64,000 nucleotides of DNA from an uncultured Candidatus Rokubacteria bacterium (GCA_963826115.1 CAWGVS010000006.1:768001-832000); one strand, 5' to 3'; numbered from the stretch's first letter, positions 37,787-47,831 are shown. The notes: a model not told the origin generated them from the sequence alone. Program-made: numbers and translations.

Positions 37787-40700
37787 TCACCTTTGACAGT
37801 CGATCGGCAGCCCCCGGGGATGTCCCCCGAGGTCAAACTCCCAGGCCTGACCCCCACCTTGGCTTCGCTCGAGGCAGGCGCTCAGGACCTCGGCGGTGTC
37901 CCGGGCGTGCGTCCGGATGTAGGACGCGTGATCGCCGGGGACGACGTGGACGCGCAGGCCCCCGCGCGCAAGCGCGTCCCACCCGAGGGTGGCGCTCTTC
38001 CGATGCCACCGCTCGCTCACCACGACGTCGAGCGGCCCGCCGTAGGGCCCCGGGCGGTACGCGGCGATCGCGGCGAGATGCCGCCGGACCGCCGCTCGCC
38101 GCCGGAACAAGCTCTCTGAGTGCGGCGTGAGGAGCGGCATCCCGGCCGCCACCCCCCGCACCCTTGCCGCCGCGCGCCGGACACCGTCGATCGTCCACGC
38201 GAGGGACCCGATTCTCGGAGGAGCGGCGTACTCGCTGACCGTGTCGAGGAGGGCCAGGAGCGCGACCTCCTCGCCGCGCGCGCGAAGCTGCTGCGCCATC
38301 TCGAAGGCGATCATCCCCCCGATGCACTCGCCGCCCAGGAGGTAGGGCCCGGCGGGCTGGAGCCGCGTGACGTCCTGAACGAGCCGGCGAGCCAGCTCCT
38401 CGACCCCTCCGGTGCCGAGGTCGCGCATCAGCACGCCGTAGAGGGGCTGGTCGACCCCCAGGTGTGGCGCGAGGTTCGCGTACACGAGAAGCTCGCTCTC
38501 CGCGCCGGCGCCGCCGGCCACCAGGAAGAACGGCCGCTTCGAGCCGTCCCGCCGGAGGGCGACCAGGGATGAAGCACCCTCCGGGCCGGTGGTGGCCCGA
38601 ATCGGGGCCGGCGGCGACGCCGCGCGTGCCTCCCGCCCTTCCCGCACCCGCTCCGCGATGCCGGCGACGGTGGGCGCCTCGATGAGCCAGCGCGCCGGCG
38701 CCTCCAGCTCGAAGGCCGCCTCCACCTGCATCATCAGCTGGACTCCGCGGAGCGAATCGCCGCCGGCGTCGAAGAAGTTCGCGTCGACGCTGACCGACTC
38801 GACGTCCAGGACCTCGGCCCAGATCCGGGCGACGACCTCCTCGACCGCATCGCGCGGCGGGACGACGTCGTCCACGCGCGCCTGCGCTTCCGGGCCGGGC
38901 GGGGGAAGTCGCCGCTCGTCGATCTTCCCGCTGCTCGTGTGCGGCAGCGCGTCCACCCGGACGAACGCGGCCGGGACCATGAAGCCGGGCAGCGCCCCAC
39001 GGCACAGGCGGCGCAGGTCGGTCGAGGGAATGGCCGCGTCGGAGACGAAGTAGGCGACGAGCCGCGGCTCGACGCGACCTCCCGCGCCACCGGCCTCGCC
39101 GGGGCGCGCCACGACCGCGCATTCGCGCACGCCCGGGTACCGGCCCAGGACGGCCTCCACCTCGCCGAGCTCGACGCGGTTGCCGCGGATCTTGATCTGG
39201 CGATCGATCCGGCCGAGGCACTCGATCGTCCCGTCCGGCGCGAACCGGCCGAGGTCGCCGGTTCGAAACAGGCGCGCCCCGGCGTCGAAGGGGCTCGGGA
39301 CGAACCGCTCGGCCGTCAGCTCGGGCCGATTGAGATACCCGCGCGCCACGCCGGCGCCGCCGACGTACAGCTCGCCGGGCACGCCGACCGGGACGGGCCG
39401 TCGCGCCGGGTCCAGGATGTACACCTCGGTGTTGGCGTGGGGAGCGCCGATGGGGACCGTGCGCGCCGCGGTTCCGGCCGGGCACCGCCAGTGCGTGACG
39501 CTGATGCACGTCTCGGTCTGCCCGTACACGTTGTAGAGCGCCGCGGACGACCGCGCGAGGAACCGGTCGGCCAGCGCGGGTGTCAGCGGCTCGCCCCAGG
39601 CGAAGACGTGCCGGAGCGCCGCGCAGCTCTCGATGCCGCCCGCGTCGAGCAGGATCTCCAGCATCGTGGGCGAGGCCGCGACGAAGGTCACCTTTGCGGC
39701 CCGCATGAGCCGGACGAGGTAGCGGCCGTCGCTGCGGCTGTCCGAGCGGGCGATCACCGCGCGCCCGCCGGCGACCCACGGCTCGAGGAGCGCCCAGACC
39801 GAGGCGTCGTACGCCCACGACGCGTTCTGGAGGTAGCACTCCGATTCATCGACGCCGAACGTCCGCGCGCCCCAGAGCAGCCGGCTGCACAGGCTCCGGT
39901 GCGTGAGCATGACGCCCTTCGGCGCGCCGGTGGCGCCCGAGGTGTAGACGACGTAGGCGAGGTGATCGGGCGCGAGCGTGTGCGCCGGGTTACCCGACTC
40001 GTGACGCGAGATGGCTGCCCAGTCGCGATCGACGCAGAGGACATCGGCCTCGTGCTCCGGCAGGGCGCCGAGCAGGCGGCCCTCGGTCAGGAGATGTCGC
40101 ACGTCGGCGTCGCGCAGCATGAAGGCCGTCCGCTCGCGGGGATAGGCGGCGTCGAGCGGTACGTGCGCGCCGCCGGCCTTCAGGACGCCCAGCACGGCCA
40201 CCGCGACGTCGAGCGAGGACTCCATGAGCACGCCGACCCGGGTCTCCGGGCCCACCCCTCGCGCGCGCAGCGCCCGCGCGAGCTGGTTCGCGCGCGCGTT
40301 GAGCTCCGCGTAGGTGAGGGTCTGCCCCTCGTAGACGGCGGCCACCGCGGCCGGCGTCCGCTCCGCCCGCGCCTCGAAGAGGGCCGGGTAGGTGAGCCGC
40401 TCCGGCAGGGGCAGGCGCGCCGAGTTCAGGCCGACCAGGAGTCGGCGCTCCTCGTCGGCCGAGAGGAGGCGGATGTCGGCGACGCCCTGTCGCGGATCCT
40501 CGAGCGCGGCGTCCAGGACGCGGAAGAACTGGCTCACGACCAGCTCCCGGCGCTCCGGCGGGAACACGTCCGCGTGGAGGTCGAAGTCGACGGTGAGCAC
40601 GCCGGCTTGCGGCATGTCGTGCACGTGGAGGCCGAGGCTCTCCAGCTGGTGACCGGAGGGGAGGAGCACCGCCCGGGCCGGGGCGCCGCCGATCGAGGCG

Positions 40701-41788
40701 TCCAGCGGCGTGTGAAAGTTGAGGACGGCGTCGTAGAGGGGCCGGTGGCCCGATGTCGGAATGGTGTACTCGGCGTGTCGCCAGGATGCCATGGCGTCCC
40801 GCGCGATTCGCGCGAGGAGCGACAGGAACGTGTCGTCCGCGTCGATCCGCACGGGCAGCGGCACCACCTGCATCAGGAGCCCGAGCGTGTCGCGCTGGAC
40901 ACGCGTCCGGCGATTGTGGACCGGAACCCCGATGCAGAACCGGCGGGCGCCGCCGATGCGGTGGAGGAGCGCGGCCAGCACCGCGACGAGGATCGCGAAC
41001 ATGGTCGTCCGGGGAAAGGCGAGGCCGGCCCCGGCCGCCAGCGCGTCGAGCCGGCCCATCTGCGCCGGCGTGAGCGTTCGCGTGATGCGCAGGGACGCGG
41101 TCGTCGTCTTGCGGGGCGTCTCTCCGTAGAGGAGGAGCGGCTCCGCGTCCGCCGGGAGCCGCTCCGTCCAGAACGCCTGCGCGCGCTCGGCGTCGGGCGA
41201 GTGCCGGTATTCGAGCGCGTCGCGCACGTAGTCCTGAAATCGGGGCAGCGAGAGCCGCGCGGGCAGCGTGCCGGCCAGGGACTCTCCGTAGCATCGACCC
41301 ATGAGATGCGCCATGAGAAACGCCGAGGCCCCGTCGAAGACGGCGTGCTGGACGTGGACGAACCACGCGAACCGGGCCTCGCCCGTCCGGATCAGGGCGG
41401 TGTCGTACGGACAGTCCGCCAGGTCGAGCGGCAGGCCGGCGCGCGCGCGAACCCAGGCGGCCGCCGCTCCCTCGGGGTCCGGCGCGTGGGACAGGTCGAC
41501 GTAGTCGAGGGGCCGGCGCATCGACTCGAGGACCCGCTGGCGGGGCGTACCGTGGACCGTCTCTATCACCGTGCGGAGCGCGTCGCTCGAATCGACCAGC
41601 GCCTGGAAGGCCCGCCGGAAGTGCTCGACCTCGATGGGCGCGGCGAGCGTGAAGACGGTGGCCAGATGGTGCAGCGGCACCCCGGGATAGAGCTCGCTGG
41701 CCAGCCACATCGCGAGCTGGTGCGGGGTCAGGTTGGAGCGCCGGGCCAGCTCGCGCGCCGGGTCAGGTCTGTCGAGCGGATGCGTCAT
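37787..41788 (-). CDS. Single-module NRPS: C-A-PCP-TE
   Basis: C domain QHAVFDG; A domain YTSGATGAPKG, YGQTE, FRTGD, SGKID; PCP FFDAGGDSL; TE GECIG...GDH. Confidence 0.93.
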   Translation of the reverse strand: MTHPLDRPDPARELARRSNLTPHQLAMWLASELYPGVPLHHLATVFTLAAPIEVEHFRRAFQALVDSSDALRTVIETVHGTPRQRVLESMRRPLDYVDLSHAPDPEGAAAAWVRARAGLPLDLADCPYDTALIRTGEARFAWFVHVQHAVFDGASAFLMAHLMGRCYGESLAGTLPARLSLPRFQDYVRDALEYRHSPDAERAQAFWTERLPADAEPLLLYGETPRKTTTASLRITRTLTPAQMGRLDALAAGAGLAFPRTTMFAILVAVLAALLHRIGGARRFCIGVPVHNRRTRVQRDTLGLLMQVVPLPVRIDADDTFLSLLARIARDAMASWRHAEYTIPTSGHRPLYDAVLNFHTPLDASIGGAPARAVLLPSGHQLESLGLHVHDMPQAGVLTVDFDLHADVFPPERRELVVSQFFRVLDAALEDPRQGVADIRLLSADEERRLLVGLNSARLPLPERLTYPALFEARAERTPAAVAAVYEGQTLTYAELNARANQLARALRARGVGPETRVGVLMESSLDVAVAVLGVLKAGGAHVPLDAAYPRERTAFMLRDADVRHLLTEGRLLGALPEHEADVLCVDRDWAAISRHESGNPAHTLAPDHLAYVVYTSGATGAPKGVMLTHRSLCSRLLWGARTFGVDESECYLQNASWAYDASVWALLEPWVAGGRAVIARSDSRSDGRYLVRLMRAAKVTFVAASPTMLEILLDAGGIESCAALRHVFAWGEPLTPALADRFLARSSAALYNVYGQTETCISVTHWRCPAGTAARTVPIGAPHANTEVYILDPARRPVPVGVPGELYVGGAGVARGYLNRPELTAERFVPSPFDAGARLFRTGDLGRFAPDGTIECLGRIDRQIKIRGNRVELGEVEAVLGRYPGVRECAVVARPGEAGGAGGRVEPRLVAYFVSDAAIPSTDLRRLCRGALPGFMVPAAFVRVDALPHTSSGKIDERRLPPPGPEAQARVDDVVPPRDAVEEVVARIWAEVLDVESVSVDANFFDAGGDSLRGVQLMMQVEAAFELEAPARWLIEAPTVAGIAERVREGREARAASPPAPIRATTGPEGASSLVALRRDGSKRPFFLVAGGAGAESELLVYANLAPHLGVDQPLYGVLMRDLGTGGVEELARRLVQDVTRLQPAGPYLLGGECIGGMIAFEMAQQLRARGEEVALLALLDTVSEYAAPPRIGSLAWTIDGVRRAAARVRGVAAGMPLLTPHSESLFRRRAAVRRHLAAIAAYRPGPYGGPLDVVVSERWHRKSATLGWDALARGGLRVHVVPGDHASYIRTHARDTAEVLSACLERSQGGGQAWEFDLGGHPRGLPIDCQR

Positions 41789-42030
41789 CGTCGCGTCGCC
41801 CGCTCGAGGAGCCTGCGGATCCTTCCGAGGGTCTCGAAGTTCTCCGGGACGACGTCCTCGTCGCGCAGCACGACACGGAGCTCTCGCTCGAGGAGGGCCA
41901 CCAGCTCGACGATGCCGAACGAGTCGAGCCAGCCGCTCTCCACGAGCGACGTCGACTCGTCGACGCGGGGCGTGCCGCGCGGGGCGAACCGCTCCAGGAT
42001 GACGGCGGACAGGTCGAGCGGGACCGCCAC
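41785..42030 (-). CDS. Stand-alone acyl carrier protein
   Basis: SLVESGWLDSFGIVELV..LE...PENFETL; ATGA overlap with the NRPS. Confidence 0.9.
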   Translation of the reverse strand: MAVPLDLSAVILERFAPRGTPRVDESTSLVESGWLDSFGIVELVALLERELRVVLRDEDVVPENFETLGRIRRLLERATRR

Positions 42031-42038
42031 CTGGCCGC

Positions 42039-43079
42039 TCAGCCGAGCTGACGAGCGCAGGCTCGCCACCGCTCCGCGTCCTCCGGATCCAGCGGTGTGA
42101 CGCGTTCAGCTGTCGTGATCGCGACGAGCCGCTCGTCGGAGCAGCGCTCCACCCGGAGGGTGAACCACATGAGCCCGTGCGCGCGCGGGGGGACGTCGGC
42201 CTGGATCGGCTCCGGGACGATCGCGCACTCGGCCGAGATCCGGAGCCGCTCGTTGGCGCGCGCGTTGCTGAACAGGCCGATGTGCCGTCTGAGCGTGCCG
42301 CGCCGGTCCGCGAAGGAGGGCGGGAAGCCGCCCGGCAGGAGGGTGGCGAGCGCGCGCCGCTCGGCGACGTGGAAGAAGGCGGGGAAGCTACCGAAGTACA
42401 CGAGTCCTGCCGCGTTCACGTCCCGGTCGGGGTCGATGGAGACCTCGGCGGTGGCCGTCGCGAGCGACGAGGGCCGCGCGCCCGCGGGCGGCTCGAAGAA
42501 CCGGCCGGTCTCCCGCGCCCGGCGGTTCCGCTCGTAGCCCGAGGGCATGTCCCGCAGCTCCGGGATTCCCGAGAGGTCGACGTTGGCCGGCTGGCCCATC
42601 CGGAGCTGATCGGGGCCCGCCTCGCGGGTGATGAAGATGTTCGACAGCCGGACGAGAGGAATGCCCGCCCGGAGGAAACATTCGCGCGACGCCTCGGCGG
42701 GCACACCCCACGACTCGGCCCGCGGGTCGTCGGCCCGGTAGAGCGCGAAGTCTCCGTCGAGGATGTTGCGGCCGAAGACCCCGAGGCCGCCCACCCAGAC
42801 GACGCGGTCGTTCTCGCGGAAGGCGTGAGGGGGCGCCGACGGCGGGAACTCGATGTCGACGTGATAGAACGTGGCGTACAGCCGGCGGCCCTGATGGTCG
42901 GCCACCAGGCGGGTCGGGACTCCCGTGAGCCGCTCGAACGACTGCCAGCGCAGGTGACCGAGGTGCTTGAGCATCTCGGACTCGCCCAGCCCGTGCGGGC
43001 CGAGATGCGGCATGCCCAGGTCGAGCTCGCTGCGTACCACTACCGGGGCGGCGTCTTGCGACGTCGGGGGGCCGGCCAC
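42039..43079 (-). CDS. LnmK / Pnap_2097-family double hot-dog acyltransferase/decarboxylase
   Basis: LGMPHL...L.E..LLK.LG..RW, G.RLYATFY, DRDVNAAGLVYF match the LnmK-related families; start probably GTG 43079. Confidence 0.75.
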   Translation of the reverse strand: MAGPPTSQDAAPVVVRSELDLGMPHLGPHGLGESEMLKHLGHLRWQSFERLTGVPTRLVADHQGRRLYATFYHVDIEFPPSAPPHAFRENDRVVWVGGLGVFGRNILDGDFALYRADDPRAESWGVPAEASRECFLRAGIPLVRLSNIFITREAGPDQLRMGQPANVDLSGIPELRDMPSGYERNRRARETGRFFEPPAGARPSSLATATAEVSIDPDRDVNAAGLVYFGSFPAFFHVAERRALATLLPGGFPPSFADRRGTLRRHIGLFSNARANERLRISAECAIVPEPIQADVPPRAHGLMWFTLRVERCSDERLVAITTAERVTPLDPEDAERWRACARQLG

Positions 43080-43085
43080 GGGGCG

Positions 43086-43115
43086 ATGATAGACAGGCAC
43101 GGCCCCGGGTGGCAA
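43086..43115 (-). promoter_or_regulatory. sigma70-type promoter, probably leaderless mRNA for the LnmK-ACP-NRPS operon
   Basis: TTGCCA-N18-TATCAT ending 6 nt before GTG 43079; no Shine-Dalgarno. Confidence 0.45.
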
Positions 43116-43139
43116 GAACGAGCTGTCTCGGCGGCGCCC

Positions 43140-43643
43140 CTATGCGCCCCGGCTCCAGGGCAGGGTTCGACGGGCGAACTCGCCGCTGCCGGTGAGGAGA
43201 AGGAAGACGTGGGAGCCGAGACAGAACCGGCCGAAGATCAGCGCCACGAGTGCCACGAGCAGCATCGCCTCGAAGATCCACGCCAGGACGGTCCACCCGG
43301 CGAGCAGCGACGCGCCGATGATCAGGGCGAAGGACGCCGCGATCCCCTGGGAGAATCGCCGGGGGGCGGGGGCCGGCGCGAGGGGCGGAAGCCCCTTCCG
43401 GGCCCCGGCGAGGGCGTCGTACAGCCGGTCGAACGGGTTCAGCGACGGCACGGCCACGTTCCACCAGAGGATGGCCGACAGGGCCAGGAAGAGCCACGGC
43501 GCCTGGAGCAGCACGCCGACCAGCGCGAGCACGCCGATCACGCGCGGCTGGAACATCAACGCGGGGTACTGGAAGTCGCACGTCCGGGCGTTCGCGTCCC
43601 GGAAGCCTTGCTGCCTGACGAAGTTGACCTCGGCCTCCGACAT
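43140..43643 (-). CDS. DUF4395 family membrane protein
   Basis: TM helices, PAPRRFSQGIA, C-terminal FCLG. Confidence 0.8.
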   Translation of the reverse strand: MSEAEVNFVRQQGFRDANARTCDFQYPALMFQPRVIGVLALVGVLLQAPWLFLALSAILWWNVAVPSLNPFDRLYDALAGARKGLPPLAPAPAPRRFSQGIAASFALIIGASLLAGWTVLAWIFEAMLLVALVALIFGRFCLGSHVFLLLTGSGEFARRTLPWSRGA

Positions 43644-43767
43644 GCTGCACCTCCCGGGTCCTCTCGCTCGCGCGAGGCGGGGGGATACGGTCAGAGGCCG
43701 CGCGCGGGCACTCGCCAGGCTGGATCCACGCGCCGGGCGCGGGGCGAACCCCGCGGAGGGCGCGCCG

Positions 43768-44871
43768 CTAGTCGAGCCAGTCGCGCTCCTTGAGCTTCCG
43801 GGGCAGGTACGTCTTGGTCAGGTAGCGGAAGTCCTTGTTGGCGAGGGCGTCGAGCTCGTACTTGAGCCCGCTCGCGAGCATGCGCTTGATCTCTTCCTGC
43901 CAGGGCTTCTTCTGGAACCAGCGGTAGCGGAGCAGCTCCTTGGCGCGGCCGATGTCCTTGTCGTTGAGCTTGATGCCGACGTTCCGGGGGAGCCCGTAGG
44001 CGTCGGGATCGGCGCTCGACAGGCCGATGAACTTCGCCTTGGGGATGGCCATCCGCTCGCTCTCGAACGCGAGATTGATCGAGCCCTGCTTGACCACCGA
44101 GTAGGTGTAGTACCCCCAGGGGTCGTTGTCGACGAGGACGTAGACGGGCAGCTTGTGCTCCTCGTGAAGGCGGCGCGCCAGGCGTCGGACCCCGCGGGGC
44201 GGCTGGCCGTTACCGGTCAGGAGCACGCAGTTGTAGCGGCGCCAGAACTTGTCCTCGGAGAGCCGGTTCCACTGGGTGCCCTTCTCGATGAGCAGGACGA
44301 AGTCGGCCGTGCAGCGCCGGATCTGGATGAAGTCCGGCTCGACGATCGAGGGCACCGAGTAGCCGCCCTTGCCCAGGCGGGCACAGTCGACGCGGTCGCC
44401 GTCGTCGGTGAGCACGAGCGGCCCGACGATGCTGCCGCGGTTCTCGGCTCGCACGTGGAGCTCCTCGCGGAGCGCCTCGAGCGTGACCTCGAGGTCCTCG
44501 ATCAGCGGATCGGACTCGTTCTGGGCGTCGAACGTGTTCTCGTGCGAGCCCTTCATCGTGTGCTTGCTGCGGTAGTAGATCTCGCGCAGCGACGTCGTGA
44601 GGTCCGACCGCTGCAGCTCGACCAGAGCGTCCGCCACCAGCACGGTCTGCATGAACTTCTTGGCCATGCCGACGTTGAAGAAGGTGCGCTCCTGCTTCTT
44701 CCGCCCCATCTCGATGATGCCGTGCTTCTCGTTGAAGCTGACGTTGGCGAGGCTGCGGATGGGGATGTTGAGCGCCGGGTCCCGGTTCCGCTCGGCGGCG
44801 TGGATCACCAGGTCCGCGATGCTGACGAGCTTCTTCTCGACGATGACCGTGGTCTTCGCCTTCGCCGCCAT
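43768..44871 (-). CDS. top6A: DNA topoisomerase VI subunit A
   Basis: SLREIYY (catalytic Tyr), LIEK and VDNDPWG TOPRIM motifs, KYELDAL. Confidence 0.93.
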   Translation of the reverse strand: MAAKAKTTVIVEKKLVSIADLVIHAAERNRDPALNIPIRSLANVSFNEKHGIIEMGRKKQERTFFNVGMAKKFMQTVLVADALVELQRSDLTTSLREIYYRSKHTMKGSHENTFDAQNESDPLIEDLEVTLEALREELHVRAENRGSIVGPLVLTDDGDRVDCARLGKGGYSVPSIVEPDFIQIRRCTADFVLLIEKGTQWNRLSEDKFWRRYNCVLLTGNGQPPRGVRRLARRLHEEHKLPVYVLVDNDPWGYYTYSVVKQGSINLAFESERMAIPKAKFIGLSSADPDAYGLPRNVGIKLNDKDIGRAKELLRYRWFQKKPWQEEIKRMLASGLKYELDALANKDFRYLTKTYLPRKLKERDWLD

Positions 44872-44880
44872 GGGGCTCGT

Positions 44881-46854
44881 CTACCTCGCCTTCGCCTTCG
44901 CTTTGGCCGCGCCGCGGGTCGGGGCGGCCTTGGCCGGGGCCGCCTTGTCCGGCGGCGCCGGCGCCGCCTTCTTCCGCCGGCGCGGCGGGCCGCCGTTCGC
45001 GTGGGGCCCGGTGCCGTCGGACGTGACCGGCTCGACCGGCTCGCCGTCGCCGGCGCCGCCCGCCGGGAGCGCCGGCGCGTCGCCCTCGGTCCCCTCGGCG
45101 GTGACGATGATCGAGTGGGGGAGCCCCTCGGGGCCGCTGTCGTGGCCCAGGATCTCGTTGGTCCGCGCGCCGCCCGTCCGCTTCACGGCGATCTTCAGGA
45201 GCTGGTCCTTGAGCCGCTGCTTGGGGAGTCGGGCGCCTTTCAGCCGGGCGCACGCCTCCACGACCTCCTCGATGTAGAGCTCGAAGATGTTGCGGCGGCG
45301 GAACTCGCTCTTGGCCCGCTCGCGACGGCGGAGGAACACGCCGAGCCGGCGCCCGCACTCCTGGAGCGCGAGCTTGATCTCCTTCCGGATCTCGTCGTAG
45401 TCGGCGATCGCTTCCTTGGACTCGCTGGTGAACGGCACCCAGACCGAGGCCATGTGGACGAACACCACCATCGGGCCGGCGGGGAGGGCGCCGCGCGACT
45501 GGGCGATGCCGTAGTTCTTCCAGGCGGTCTCGAGCACGGCCTTGAAGGTCGCGCAGGCGGACTGCTGATAGAGGAGCGGCACGCGGTTCGCGTAGCGGAT
45601 GACCCGGGCGAGCTCGCTGTCGTGCTCCCGATCCTCGCCCTCGGCCAGCGGCCCGTCGGGGGCGTCCGCGGCCGGCGCCGCCTGGTCCGGGCCCTTCCCG
45701 AAGGCGAGCCCGGCCTCGATCACGAACGGGTTCCCGCGGTACACCGCCGTCGGCCGGGTGACCGCGGTGTAGAACTCGCCCTTGATCTGCTGGTAGAGGC
45801 CGTGGAGGATCGCCTTCTCGCCGATGGGCGAGAGGCAGTTCGACGGCGGCGCCATGATCTTGGTCGCCTGGATGGCCTTGTAGAGGACCTCGGCGTCCTC
45901 GCCGTGGACGTTGCGCGGCTTGGCGTTCGGCGAGAGCTTCGCCGTCCCGCAGATCTCCTGGGCGAGGGCGGGGGAGACGCGGCTGAAGTCGCTCGCCAGG
46001 AAACCCGCGAGCGAATGGCTCTTCGTATCCTGGAGCATCCGCAGGAGGATGCCGAACTCGATGCCGTAGGGGTGCGGCTTGATCTCCTTCGGCTGGGGCG
46101 GCAGCTCCTGGATCGTCCGCCGGTACTCCCGCGTCTGGCCCTCGGGCGTCTGGTAGACGAGGTTGACGTGCGGGTTCGCGATCGCCGTCTCGGCCAGGTA
46201 CTCGTCGATCGAGGCGCGACCCTTCTGGTAGCGGCCCTCGATCTCGAGCGTCACCTGGGTGCCGCGCGGGATCTCCCACTGGATCTTCTTGCTCTCGAAG
46301 ATCCGCGGCTCGTTCTTCTTGGTGTCGATCTGCACCTCGAAGTAGTGGGCGGGGGCGCGGGGGCTCGTCCGCGACGTGATCTGGACCGGCTTGCCCGTCG
46401 TCAGCTGCGCGTACATGCCGGCCGCGGAGATCCCGATGCCCTGCTGGCCGCGGCTCATCCGGAGCCGGTGGAACTTGGACCCGTAGAGGAGCTTCGCGAA
46501 GATCGGCGGAATCTGCTGCCGGACGATGCCGGGGCCGTTGTCGACGACGGTGACCCGGAAGCGCGTCGCCTGGCTGGCCGGCGGCGGGGGCGACCCGTTG
46601 CTCGGCACGACCTCGATCGTCACGGTGACGTCGGGCAGGATGCCGGCCTCCTCGGCCGCGTCGAGGGCGTTGTCGACGGCCTCCTTGACGCAGGTGAGGA
46701 GCGCTTTCCGCGGGCTGTCGAAGCCGAGGAGGTGCCGGTTCTTCGTGAAGAACTCGGAGACCGAGATCTCCCGCTGGCGGGCGCCCATCTCGGCGGCGGA
46801 GGGAGCGGTCTTCGGGGGGGACGGGCGGGGCTCGACCTCCACGGCGGCAGCCAT
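44881..46854 (-). CDS. top6B: DNA topoisomerase VI subunit B
   Basis: REISVSEFF.KN, KEAVDNALDA, DNGPGI, SRGQQGIGIS GHKL motifs; transducer RYANRVPLL..VPFTSESKE. Confidence 0.95.
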   Translation of the reverse strand: MAAAVEVEPRPSPPKTAPSAAEMGARQREISVSEFFTKNRHLLGFDSPRKALLTCVKEAVDNALDAAEEAGILPDVTVTIEVVPSNGSPPPPASQATRFRVTVVDNGPGIVRQQIPPIFAKLLYGSKFHRLRMSRGQQGIGISAAGMYAQLTTGKPVQITSRTSPRAPAHYFEVQIDTKKNEPRIFESKKIQWEIPRGTQVTLEIEGRYQKGRASIDEYLAETAIANPHVNLVYQTPEGQTREYRRTIQELPPQPKEIKPHPYGIEFGILLRMLQDTKSHSLAGFLASDFSRVSPALAQEICGTAKLSPNAKPRNVHGEDAEVLYKAIQATKIMAPPSNCLSPIGEKAILHGLYQQIKGEFYTAVTRPTAVYRGNPFVIEAGLAFGKGPDQAAPAADAPDGPLAEGEDREHDSELARVIRYANRVPLLYQQSACATFKAVLETAWKNYGIAQSRGALPAGPMVVFVHMASVWVPFTSESKEAIADYDEIRKEIKLALQECGRRLGVFLRRRERAKSEFRRRNIFELYIEEVVEACARLKGARLPKQRLKDQLLKIAVKRTGGARTNEILGHDSGPEGLPHSIIVTAEGTEGDAPALPAGGAGDGEPVEPVTSDGTGPHANGGPPRRRKKAAPAPPDKAAPAKAAPTRGAAKAKAKAR

Positions 46855-47141
46855 CTCCCTCTCTGATATCAAATCCGCGGCCCGGAGTCGCGGTTAATCC
46901 TCACCGGCCGAAGGGCTGACCCGTGGCGGACGTGGGATTCGGGCTCGCCTGCGCACGCGCCTGGCGACGACGGACCGCTGTGAAAGGGATGGTCCGGAGG
47001 CGCTTGAGAACCGACCTCGCCGCGTGCGAGGCTTGCTGGCGTGACCTGGCGAACCCCCTCGAGCGATCCACCGCGCGAGCCTCGCGACGCCCGATCGGCG
47101 TCGCGTGGATCGTGCTCGACACCAGCGCGGGCCAGGTGGTG

Positions 47142-47831
47142 GTGAGCGCGACCCGTCCCCGGGTTCACGAGTCGTCCGATGGCATCGAGGTGGAGACCGG
47201 GCTGTCGCCCGCGACGTCGGTGGTCTGGCTTCACGGTCTCGGCGCGGACGGCTCCGACTTCGTCCCGCTGGTGCCGGCTCTCGGTCTCCGGACGCCTGTC
47301 CGCTTCGTGTTCCCGCACGCCCCGAAAAGAGCGGTGACGATCAACTCCGGCATGGTGATGCGGGCCTGGTACGACGTGCTCGCGCTCGAGGGCCCGCAAC
47401 GCGAGGACGAGGTGGGCATCCGCGAGTCAGCGCGCCTGGTCGAGGGGCTGATCGCCGCCGAAGTGGCGCGCGGCGTGGCGCCGGCGCGCGTGATCCTGGC
47501 GGGCTTCTCCCAGGGCGGCGCCATGACGCTCCACGTGGGGCTGCGACACCCCGTGCGCCTCGGGGGCCTGCTCGTGCTTTCGGCCTATCTCCCGCTCGCC
47601 GGGACGATCGCGGGGGAGGTCAGCGCCGCGGGGCGCGGGACGCCCGTGTTCATCGGCCACGGGACCGCGGATCCACTGATCCCTCCCGCGCGGGCGAGGT
47701 CGGCGCGGGACGCCGTCGAGGCGCTCGGCTGCCCGGTCGAATACCACGAGTACCCGATCGCCCACACCGTCTCCGACGCCGAGGTTCGCGATCTTGCCGC
47801 CTGGCTCGGGCGGCGCGTCTCCGCCGCCTGA
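47142..47831 (+). CDS. Phospholipase/carboxylesterase (alpha/beta hydrolase)
   Basis: WLHGLGADG, MRAWYD, GFSQGG, HGTADP, IAH; start approximate. Confidence 0.9.
   Translation: MSATRPRVHESSDGIEVETGLSPATSVVWLHGLGADGSDFVPLVPALGLRTPVRFVFPHAPKRAVTINSGMVMRAWYDVLALEGPQREDEVGIRESARLVEGLIAAEVARGVAPARVILAGFSQGGAMTLHVGLRHPVRLGGLLVLSAYLPLAGTIAGEVSAAGRGTPVFIGHGTADPLIPPARARSARDAVEALGCPVEYHEYPIAHTVSDAEVRDLAAWLGRRVSAA

Noticed and set aside
33058-41788. Epimerase, GT2 and DUF2235 as tailoring genes of the NRPS cluster
   Set aside because: DUF2235 has its own enhancer and promoter, and the sugar genes look like generic envelope genes; no evidence of linkage.
46870-47140. Possible structured leader RNA or small ORF between top6B and the esterase
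   Set aside because: No recognisable riboswitch or ncRNA motif; hairpins are expected at this GC content.
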